From: Mytilus edulis
Lineage: Eukaryota
Reading direction: 5' to 3'
DNA: 64,000 bases
Assembly: GCF_963676685.1 (NCBI RefSeq)
Contig: NC_092349.1
Location: 59,706,001 to 59,770,000, forward strand
Part shown: positions 1 to 12,000 of the stretch, piece by piece
Layout of the letters: each line of letters opens with the position of its first letter
Numbering within the stretch: the stretch's first letter is position 1
Translations under genes and position numbers: made by a program
Notes under the pieces: generated by a model
The model's input: the letters and a program-made list of their open reading frames with translations, nothing else
What the model was told of the DNA's origin: nothing
Database searches by the model: none

Positions 1-25
1 ACGTACACAAATTAAAATGAATTAC

Positions 26-3000
26 CTTTTCTGTTATGTTGTTGTGGTTGAAATCAACGTCAACATGGCCTAGAGTATCTATACAAATAATTACAATTAA
101 AACAACGTTCGTTTTATAATGCATTTGTTGATAGCAAAATTAATCGTTGGGACCAGTTACGCTGAACATCATTGTAAGTGCGTTTATCCGCGTCTAAAGG
201 TCTAATAATATGTTTTCATTTATGTGTATGAATTCGACTGAAATTGACGTTAGGTCTCAAACAGACGTGAAATAAAGCACGTTAAAAATTATTGTGTTGG
301 TCGAAGACCCTGTGTGCTCATTTAAGTTTCTTATCGACGTCCTTTTTTTTTTGCCTCCCAACAGAATTTCTCGTTAATGATGAACATCATCTTAATGTTC
401 ATGGAAAACAACGATGTCGAATATATATGACCTCGTCCATTGCAAAAGTCTAATTCCCAAATTATAAATATTTCAACCATTGTCTTGGTAACCGTTCATT
501 GACGACATTGTCATAAAATCGGATCATATTGCATATAAGCATGTCAAACGCGTTTAACTGTCAAAGGCTTTTATTGATATGAGTCAGTGTCAACCTTCTT
601 TTTAACTTGATCAGTTCTGTAAATTGTATCATTGCGTATTTAAAAAAATGTTGACAGTGACAAAGGCCATTTGTTGTTCCAAAATAATAGATATACGGTA
701 TCATTTTCCGTTATTCCCTTTTTATTTACTTTGACCAGCTTCGTTCTACACTTCTTTATATATATAAATGAAATATAAAATTCCTATATCTGATGTTTTG
801 TTGTGGGCTTTCAATTTTTTTTTTCTCGGACAGTTTAGCATTAAAATACAACAAAAGATGTGCCTAGCAACAATGGAACATGTATTCGTACTTTTTCCGA
901 TATGTCATGAATTAAGATTAAACTTAATAGCCTTAAATAAAATGTGAAGTGTTGAAACGAGTTATACATATACTTTGTCTCAATAGTCTGGTGAAGGGGC
1001 GTACTGGTTATGTTAAAGGCACGTTCAAAATTAAATGGTACCATTATTATTTAAACATAGTCGTTATCATGTCCTATATAGATACTTGATTTGAAGAGTA
1101 AATAATTGTAACCTTTCCCGAGTATTGGCAGATGGTCCGGATAAAACTGCCGTGCTTCTGCAACCTCGCATTGTAGCTCCAAAATATTGTGTCGACTTCT
1201 TTTATGATTAGTCAACCATTGTACGTCAACTACATCATCACGTATTGCTAGTACTAAACCTTGAATTGAAATATCAGTTGGGTAATATATCAGTACAAAG
1301 TTCATTGTGTTTTCTATGTTTACGGTTACATGTTAAAATCTATTAAAACGAACAGAATATCTATATCTTTATCAACAACGCCTGTTTAATCATCATACGA
1401 AATGTATAAATGGAAGTGACGAATGAAATCATACCCAATTCCTAGAACATACAAATGCAATGATGTTGGACGTTTGTAAATTAAACTTCCATAAATGAAA
1501 TACATGTTACCCTTTAGCTTTACAGTTTAGAGGTGACAAAGACACAATGCATTACATATTTTGTTCTTCAATATATACAGGTCTCATTTAACACTACAAA
1601 TATTATAATTTATTTTGAAAGTCAATGAACATTTCTCAAATGCCTTTTCCTCTTTACTGATCACTTTTGATCAATGTCGTGCATACCTTGTTTTTATTTC
1701 GGTGATGTCTAATTATGTTTATAAGATGTGCAATTACTATTGTACTGCCTTCGGTAATTACTTTTCCTCCTTTTTAAACCTGTTGTTAAGGAGTTTATCT
1801 AAGTAAACATCTACATTTATACATGATGTTATTAATTTCATTTGAAGTTTCCATCTGAATAAGCTAGACGAATTAATTTTCCATTTTTTTTTTATATTTT
1901 TCAGAGAAAAAACGCAAAAATTATTATTAATTATAAGTCTATAAATCAAAGTGCAAATGTGAGGCAAATAACCTAAATAAAAGTATATGTTTGATGGTTC
2001 TTGTCACTACACATTTTCACCACTCTCCCTTGCTGTTTATAACAAAACTATACGAATGTTTGTAAATATTTCGAAACCTCATTGGACCATAATAAAAATA
2101 ACTGACAAACATAACATTTGGAAACAATGCTTTTACTGATGTTTTTTGCTGATGAAAAGCATATCTAAAGTTTATCGACTTGCAGGATTTCGCAATTATA
2201 CTAATTTCAGTGTTCATAAAATGAACTGAAAAATAGCTGATGATCGCATAGGGATTTTTTAAAATTTTATGAAGTCATGTTAATCAGATATATTTTCATA
2301 GAAACTACCACAGAGGGGAAAATTAATTTTTAGTATGACAATCAAACTGTAATGTTTGTACCTCTTTTTCTGTTATCTTTCCGGAGCGACACTTCTGCAT
2401 TCTCTAATATGCCACATGCAAATGCATAGCCAGTCAGTTTCACATCAAACCGTGTTGGCAGTTCTTTTCTGTAAGACAAAGATGAAACGATTTTTTTAAT
2501 GAAATCAGCTTTCTTCGTACAAATACTTTTGATTGTCGTAAATTGTGGGTAACGAAAACGAATGTATATCTCTTTACCTTACTCGTAGAGCTTGCAACTG
2601 TAACTCTGGGTTGGGTCAACGAACGTCTCGTCCTTTTCTTAAAACAAACCCCTTGTTGACAGATAATCGTATAAACATCACAAATGATACATATTAATCT
2701 TGAAATATAATTTCTAGGAACGGAACCCACTTGACATCTAAATTACGTGGTTACGTGTTTTTATTTAATGTGTCTTTGTATAACTTAGTAGGTTGTATGG
2801 TAATATCCTTTCGGAGTGGCTCGGTATCTATTAATCCCTTCATTGTGCTATTGTGCCATTTATTTGTCGACATACTTGCTTGTTTTATTGTAACAATGTA
2901 ACACAGCTGTATCCCATTTTTGTTCACCATATCGTATTATTTGGCTCACAGTTTGATGTCAATACAGTGGGATTTTCGCTAGCTATCAAACCAGATTTAA

Positions 3001-6000
3001 TCCATAATGTTCTATAAAATGCATACGATATACTTAAAAATCAACAGTATTGAACATTGTTTTCTTGAACAAATATATATATATATGTGTGTTTGTTAAT
3101 AAATTGGTGTTTATCGCCTCTTTAAGAACTTATGTCTGTTTTGTGATAGCCATTTTTTATACTTATTGGGGAAGCTGGGTTGTCTATAAAGAACTATCTT
3201 AGGTTAGGAAGCAGATAATTCTAGTGGAGATGATTATAATCAATCTCACAACAATGTTGGTAGGCTGGAAATACATAAATTGGGCTTCTTACCCCATTCA
3301 GCCACCAAGACCCAAAAATAGAATAAAGGATAAAAGGGGGAAAATAATGGAGATTAAAATAGTAGATTATTACCCTTTTGAATCCTCACTTTGAATACGA
3401 CTGAAAATGTGATTGACATTGTGTTCATCAACCATATAGCAGACTGTGCAAAGATCGTAGCTGTCGCAGTGGAGACATTTCCATCGTATGCCACGAAGAG
3501 GATACGTATAACATTCGTCACATGTTACATTTGAATGCTTCACTCCTGGAACAAACAGTGAAATACATTTTAGAATACAATATATAATACAATACAACAG
3601 GCAAATCTCATTTGGTTAAAACAATTTTTCTATGGAAATATTATTAGTAGTGTGAGATTCAATGGTCATAATATCATTTCATAAGTATTGCCTATGACTG
3701 CGCTTTGGTTTATAGCTATTGTGTTATGTAAGATTGACATGATGTGGTGCAATAATCACAAGGGTTTTCTTTTCAATTCATTGTTTTCATTCACCTCGAA
3801 TTTTTTTTAAACATTATACTGATCAGTGTTCACAGGAGATGAAAACACAGTTTAATATATGTTCTTCGTCCCAAACTATTCTTGGTGATATCTTCATTAG
3901 GAACTCTTAAACCTAATCATATGAAGTCCAGAATTTGTTTGAAAAAATACATAAGAAGATAAATTCCTAAATATGCTGATTATTTTTTTTTTCAATCAAG
4001 GACAAGGTTTTTAACTGTTAGCAATTACAAAAAAATGGATCCGGTTTCACCAAAAATTGACTTTCCTGCCATTACTTGTATATGTATGAAGAAACACCAT
4101 TGTTTTCAATTTTTTATTTTTCACAAATTCAATTAACATTCAAATAACATTTTAACATCAAAATTGACTTTACTTCTACTTTTTTTTTCTAATGAAGTCC
4201 TCATTATTACATTTTTAAATATAAAAATAAAAAGATGTGGTATATTTGTCATGGGTACAACAATCCAAAAGATGACATAGAAGTTTACATCTATTGGTCA
4301 CCATGCGGATAAAGCTTTTCACGATTTACTATCATCAAGTATAATTCATGCAAAATGTTTGAAAGACAAGCATTTTTTAAATAAGAAACAAAGCGGTTAG
4401 AGAGGTTTGTTATAAAGAGAACAAGAACACAATAGACAAATCATCTGAGTTCAACTTTGCCTGAGGAAGTTGGAGATGAATACAATAGTGATAAAGTCAA
4501 CTTTGCCTTAAAGACAGGAACATCTATTTTAAAAATAGATACTGGATCAAATGTAACTTTTTGAACTTATAGCTGAAAAACCTTTTGAACCTTTAAAAAT
4601 GATAAGTGGAATATACCAAAAATACATAAAAGCGACTTCAAGATAACGGATATTAACGAAAGCTTTGTATTTTGTTTCCAATTACAAATGTCATTCACAT
4701 ATAAAAGTTACACATTATAACTATGAACTACCTGATGGCGCATTGTCATATAAGCGAAGGTCAAGCGGGTCAACTTTTTCTTCCGGCTTGTCCCATTCAA
4801 CTTGAACTTCGTTCTTGAATTGATTTATGTTGACTATTGTACCAAAAGGTATATCTTCTCTTGCTGTCTGTGATCTTTTAACTACTCTAGAACCTTTCTC
4901 TATTTTTTCTATAAATAAAATCAATTATTCGAAGATGTCAAGCTTATGTGTACTCTATACTCAAATGTATGTTTCTTGAAGGTCTATTTTATCGCTCTTG
5001 GCATGGAATATACAGTATATGGTTTTAATTGCTTTTATTACAATATCAAATGACATGAAAAATGGTCTTTTCGCTAACATCATTAAAAGTACCGCATATT
5101 GTTTACACAAAATCAAAATCGTAGATTATATCTCTTGAAATCATTTCAGAATCATCAAATAGTACACACAGCTGCTTAAGTATTTCAGGGATTTCAAAAT
5201 ATAAACATACTATATTTGACCTATAATGGTTTACTTTTAAAAATTGTGACTTGGAAGGAGTGTTGCCTCATTGGCACTCATACCACATCTTCCTAAATCT
5301 ATATATTTTGAATAATTTTTGTGATGTAACGTTTGAATAGTGTCAATTCATTATATGTTAGTTTATTACTCTCAATATAGTATTAATTAACGCAAAATTA
5401 GTTACAAAAGAAAAGATAAAATGTCGTTTTAACTTCTTGAACATATTGAACGGATACCAAATAGTTTTGTAAAAAATTATAGTACTATCATCATCAGTCA
5501 TAATCTCCTAAAAAAGATGTTTTACAGTGTAAATTATTTGGACTTGTCAAACATGATCAATCTTATTCATATTTCGCCTTCGGTCTCAAGCAATTACTTA
5601 ACTTAACTTCTCTATGAGGGTTGAAGCTTACATGTACTATCTCTGTTTAAAGAAACAAAATATAACCACCAGACCACAGATGGCCAGTGACCTTGACCCT
5701 AGTATATAAGCACCTGTTCCATAATAACTTGTCATTATTTTTCTAGAGGGTGTGAAATGAACACTTCACTTGCATTTTTTTATTTATTTTATTTTTTATC
5801 TTAGATTTAGGGGAATGTTACTTAGATTTCTTTTAACTTGTCTCCGATGTCTGACAAGTGCTAATGTTATTATGTTAATTAGACATACTTATTTCTCAAT
5901 CGTCTACGATGTATGACAAGTGTTGATGGAAATGAATTAAAGATTTCTTGTCTACGATGTATGACAATTGTTGATGGAAATAAATTTAAACTTTTATTGT

Positions 6001-9000
6001 CTACGATTTAGACAATTTTGTATATTCATTAAGTTTTTGCCTACGATGTACGGCAATTCATAAACTCCTGTTTGTTAAACAGGTAGATATTTAAAAGTAT
6101 TTCTTTTTGCCCCGAAGGTCGTGCGTACTCTTCAGAATTTGCATGTGTATTACCTGTACAGGTACGCATTATTTTATTACAATGGCTGAATTTGATAATG
6201 CAGATGTATTGCTTTTGCAAGATGTTTAGAATGATGTTAACTCTAATGAGGGTTATGGCTATTAAACATGATAAATTTAATCGGAAAACTAGAGATATTT
6301 TGAGTAAATCCTCTTCTTAAACATTTATAAAACCTAGTAGTTTTATAAAAGAACAAAAATGGCATTGCAATTGGAAATTAATGACAAGTGAAAAGGCAAC
6401 AAAACTTGTCAAAAGGAAGTTTTAAAATCTAGTGCTACTGGTAAAGCTTCAAAATCTCATAGATTTGTGAATATTTCTCAAGAGGAGATAGCACTGTTGA
6501 GATTTCAAATAGGCATGTAGATTGATACATTGAATTTGACTAATTTTTATTAAATGTAGTAAAAAGCTTGTATGTAACATGAGGCGTGGGACAGTTTATC
6601 TGCCTTCCACTTAAACAGAGGTTGTAGAGAACCCTGCTTCTGTATTCCAATTTTGCCATTAGAGGCTTACTTTAATGAACATTTAGTTATAGATTTTGAT
6701 CTGAAATGCTGAAATGATACAGTGCATGTACCTCCTTTTTGGTGTTTGTGCCATGGCTGATTATAGTCCAGCCAGACCTGAATTTGATACTTCTTTCGAT
6801 CCTGCATTAAAGTTTTCAGTGGTTTCAAAGATGCAGAAAACCCAGAGATACTTTATAAAGGGGTTGACCATCACCCCTATTGTTGAGTTGGCTAATATTT
6901 GTTGTAAGAATGAGCCATTAGATCTTAATGATACAAGGAATTTATTGTGATATTATATTTGTTTGTTTGACCATGGGTTTCTGATTAAACGCTTACGACA
7001 TGCTCAGAAATATCTAGATGATAAAACCAATTTGTAATTCTGATAGTGATAGTTGATTAATCACATTTTTAGTTATGATTGCATGAAGCAATAGTTATCA
7101 AAAGTACCAGGATTATAATTTTATACGCCAGACGTGCGTTTCGTCTACATTAGACTCATCAGTGACGCTCAGATCAAAATAGTTAAAAAGCCAAACAAAT
7201 GCAAACTTGGTGATTATACAACGATTCTAAGCAAATCCTAAATTCCTTGGAAGAGGTTCCAAGTCTAGCAATTATTTCATTCCCAGCAGTTATTGGAAAG
7301 GCAGTATCAGTCTTTTATCTGCGGATGCTCTGTCTGTCAACAGGGTGTATGGCAATTCCCTTCATTGAAAGGGAGAGGTTTCCCAACAGGGAACAGAGAA
7401 TCTCAAAGAGGTACCAATTATCAACCAGTTCCTATATACAGTAGATAACTTAAATATTATGAATTGGAAAATATAACTAATGATCTATTTATATTAGATT
7501 TAATAAGAAATTGTTATAAAATTATTTTTAATGTTGTGCCACAAGGTTCGTCATTGTGAATAAAATACATTTCGATTTACATAAGGAGGAAATCATTTAA
7601 GTCCAAAAATGGATAGCTAATGGAGCTAATTAAGAGGTTGAATCATTGGACAATCTGTTTATTTCCTATGTGTATTGTAAAACTATAATTGAACCAACAC
7701 CTGAAGTGGTGATTGTGCGGTAGGGTAAAAACGTCTGTATTGTATTCAGAAATCACTTATAAATTGACAATGAGGGTCGTTTGAAAACAAAACTTTACGA
7801 CAAAAGAGATGATGTCAGCTTTCCAATTATGAACTTTCCATTTCTTAGTAGAAAATTTTACGGACGCCATCGCGAGTTGGTTGACCGTTATGGAATAACC
7901 GTTTCATAAATGATATCGGATATCTTCCTGACGTCGTAACTACAAACCCCGTCCCTTTCATGAATTTTACCTAAATAATAAGACTATTTACCTGATTTGT
8001 TATCAAATAATCAACACGACGGGTGTCACATGTGGAGCAGGATGTGCTTACCCTTCCGGAGCACCTGAGATCACCCCTAGTGTTTGGTGGGGTTCCTATT
8101 GTTTATTCTTTAGTTTTCTATGTTATGTCATGTGTACTATTGTTTATCTGTTTGTCTTTTTCATTTTTAGCAATGGCGTTGTCAGTTTAGTTTTGATTTA
8201 TGAGTTTGACTGTCCCTTTGGTATCTTTCGTCCCTCTTTCATAAATAGAAGATTTCAGAATCATTTGAAAAATATGTTTACACTTCATCGTGGAGACCAT
8301 GCATCTATGATGAAGCAATTTCGATATTTGTTTAGAAATTTCATTATTTTGTGTATTCAAAGGAGAACCAATTCCTTATCACCATCTGAAAAGGATGTTA
8401 TTGATTATTGAACTTTTTTGTAAAACAGAAGCTGTTCATATTCAGCATGTTCAATGTAAATTTTACTTGATCTATGTTGAAACAGACTAGATCCTTTAAG
8501 AAGTAGATGTTACTAAATTTGTTAGTTTACTATATGTGAAAGGTTTCTTAAACCTGAATCTGCAATTGAAGAGTTCGATACTCTTTCACTTCGGAGGTGA
8601 ATTTAGTGCAAATTTTTTAAAGTTCTTTATATTCATTGGAGGATTTAACATTGAAGACTGTGTTTTATACGTGTGTCGTTATTTGCCTTGACTACAGCTG
8701 TTAAAGTACAATCTTTAGATTTACATTATATGTTTTTCATTCAGAGACAAGGCACTTTATATTTTCATAAACATGAGCTTTTGAAAAATACTAGATCTGT
8801 TAGTTAGTCTACCTAATGAGGTGTTCAAGGGTTTTGATAAACCTAAACTTTGTGTTGTTAAGACAATAATTTATTAGGTTTTGTGTACAAAATATGTGAG
8901 GAATTCATCTTAGTCTGTTTATTTTTATGGAACTTTTCGTTAAGTTTAGACAGTTAGAGAGAGTTCTAATTTTAGCCGACGTTTTAAGGTTCACTCATTT

Positions 9001-12000
9001 CGAGGAACCTCTTCATAAGTGCCTTTAGCTTCAGGATGTTCTATTAAAGACATTATGGCAACAGCTTAGTCTGGACATGTGCTAACACTTTTTATAAGTT
9101 CTATAACAGGGAAGTGAATAATATCAGTAATACAACACTTTTCTTCGGTTGTAATTACTGGATGATCTTGTGAGTTTTATGCTTTATTAAATGTGGCATT
9201 TATTTAAAAATTGTGTTTAGTTTGTGTCTACACTTTAACCAAGCTAATTCATTACTTGAGACCGAAGGTGAAATATGAATAAGAATGTTCCTTCATCCAA
9301 GAATATCTTGGATGTGCAGGATGAAGGTCATTCTTAGAATATGAGCCTGAGGCTCGAAAGTAATTACTTCCCATACTAGGGATTATCAGTCAAACCCACC
9401 CTTTTCCAATGGGTTTTATGGTCGACACAATATTGCTTTAAATTATGACAAATTATTATGGAACAGGTATTTATATACTAGGGTTGAGGTCACTGGCCAT
9501 CTATGGTCTGGTGGTTATAGTTTGTTTCTTTAAACAGAGATATTACATGTAAGCTTCACCCCTCATAGAAAAGTTAAGCTAATTCATTACTTACGAGTCC
9601 CAGGCTCATATTCTAATAATGACCTTCATCCTGCACATCCAATATATGCATTTGGCAACACATGATTGAATTAAAACAACGTTTTATACGAGATAAAGCA
9701 TAAACAGATTTAAAACGTAAAATGCATTAATCGGAAATACAAGTTGTCAAGTAATGGAATAGATATCATGACCTAATATGAGACACAGATCTCTATAAAC
9801 ATTTAACTTGTGTGTTGAACTTTTCAACAATGCGAAATTGTCTTTCGATTCTTTCTTTTTTTTTTTTGAAAATATATAGAGTAAGCAATTAAAAGTTTTA
9901 AAGATATCATTAGTTAATACCTGTAAGATAATTGGCGACTAAACGTATTTTAACAAGTTTAACTTTTTCTTCAGGTTGCTTGTCCCATTGAACACGAGCT
10001 GTTTGTTTTGTTTTGATGATCTTAGCTATGGTACCTAGACAATTTTCTTCATTGGAGGTCGTCAGAACTTTTACTACTCTTGAACCTTCCTTTTTTTCAC
10101 TATAAATAAAACAAATACCCAAAAATGTAAAACCTAAGTATGCGTTCTGTTGTATATGTAAACATTTGTTTAAATCATTTGGTGTTTAAAATAAAAGAAA
10201 TTATCATTTTCAATGTTATGCCAAATTCAAACCAGTTATATCTAAATAACAAACTATACAATACATTTATTATTAATTGAGAAAAAAAACATTTCTTCAA
10301 AAATTTGGTAATATTAATAAGACTGTTAGTAACATTTTCTAATTCAATTTAAAAGCGCTACAATTAATCCGGTTCTGACATAACAGTCATAATAAATTGT
10401 AATAGCTGTAAAAATAAAATAGGCATACGTTTTCATAGGGATAATCGAGTAAAGGCAACAGTAGTATACCGTTGTTCAAATATGAAACTCATAAGTAGAA
10501 AATAAACTGAAAATAACCTGGCAAAAACTATGCTGCTGCTATTAAATAATCTATAGCAGAACATAAATAGTACTATAGGTATCGGGTCCTTATTTGTTAA
10601 GAATTTTTACTTACTTAATTTTTAATATATCATTGAACTAATTACTGTTTGCCAGGCCTTATACTAGACGCAAATTTCAACATATATCTTGAAATTCACC
10701 TTTTTGCAAACCCGCAATCAACTCTTATGCGTTCTGTTTAAACAAATATATACAACAGCCACGTCACATTCTAAATATATTTTATACAAAATATTATACA
10801 CTTATACCTGTTAGCGCAATGAAGATCAGACGCTAAACGTACATCATGCAGGTTACATTTTTCTTCAATCTGGTCCCATTGGATATACACTTCTTTTCTT
10901 ACTTTCTTCACCATAACTATTGTACCTAATGGCATTTCTTCTTTAGGTATCCATGATTTTTTTACTACTCTTACTCCATGTTCTATTTTGTCTATGGATA
11001 CAAAAATATCAAAATGTCAAAACTTTTCCACTGGAATATTTGGGTTAATATATAACATTGACATGTAACTTCGAAATTTGAAATGAATGCCAATCAAATT
11101 TAGTCTGATTAAAAAATGACAAACTTTATTTTGTTTGCATCGGATTGATAAGATAGATTGTTATTCATATAAAAAAATCACATCCGTTATATCTAATACA
11201 GTAATGTACGGGAAAACTCGTCCGACGTTGTATCAGTGGTATCACATATATGTCATAGACTGAGAGATATAAGCATTTTAGAATGTTATTTTATCCCAAT
11301 TAAGGCTCTTTAAACCATAAAATATTATATTTGCTTACTTAAGCGCTGTAAACATTTAAATTAATTAAAATAATTTCCTAAAGATTTGATGAAAATTATT
11401 ACATATACATTTTTGATACACTGGTTTCGAAACAGGCAGACATCAATTATTGGTTATGTTTTTTAATTCTTACAATTGCTTAATTCGTAATCAATCATCA
11501 TCCTGTTTCTTTTTTTGTGTATTCTATCAATTAAAATAAAAGGCAAAACTTCATACATATTGAGCCGTATGCTTCTGCTTCTGCTTCTGCCTGATAATGG
11601 CCACAATCAACGAGCTGATTATTATGCCATGACTTAGGTGCGCATACAGACCCCCCCCCCCCCCCCCCCCAATTCGATAATTTAGTTCAGATTTGTCAGT
11701 GAGGCTTTAAAGGCCTCAACTGACGGTGCTGATGCTACCCCAGGAGGGAGAGCGTTCCAATCCCTGATTGTTCTTGGGAAAAATGAGTATTTCCTGTAAT
11801 CACTTCTGCTTGCAGGAATTTGAAAACTTTTGTCGTGCATGTTCCTCGACAGTCGTGTTGGTTGCATAAGACGACCTTCCTTAGTTACAGCCACTTTGTC
11901 GTGTTCTATTTTATAGAGCATGGTTAGCCTAGCGTCTTTTCGCCTTTTTTCCAGAGATGGCCATTCCAGGTGCTCAATCATTTTGCTGACACTTGAGTGG

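Larger units (their letters stand above)
5561..9647 (+). mobile_element. Decayed DIRS-type tyrosine-recombinase retrotransposon (ITRs plus internal complementary region)
   Basis: About 5600-5740 is the reverse complement of about 9440-9585 (ITRs). 9250-9284 is complementary to the left tip (5561-5595) and 9303-9359 to the right tip (9591-9647), forming the ICR. Recombinase remnants FKVHSFRGTS (~8983-9012) and IKDIMATA...ANTFYKFYNRE (~9043-9113). ORFs are broken. Confidence 0.85.

Noticed and set aside
1260-1339. Longer version of the MIB-like exon using the acceptor at 1340 or the ATG at 1305
   Set aside because: That acceptor gives an immediate stop; the acceptor at 1260-1261 matches the phase and domain continuity with exon 2362-2468.
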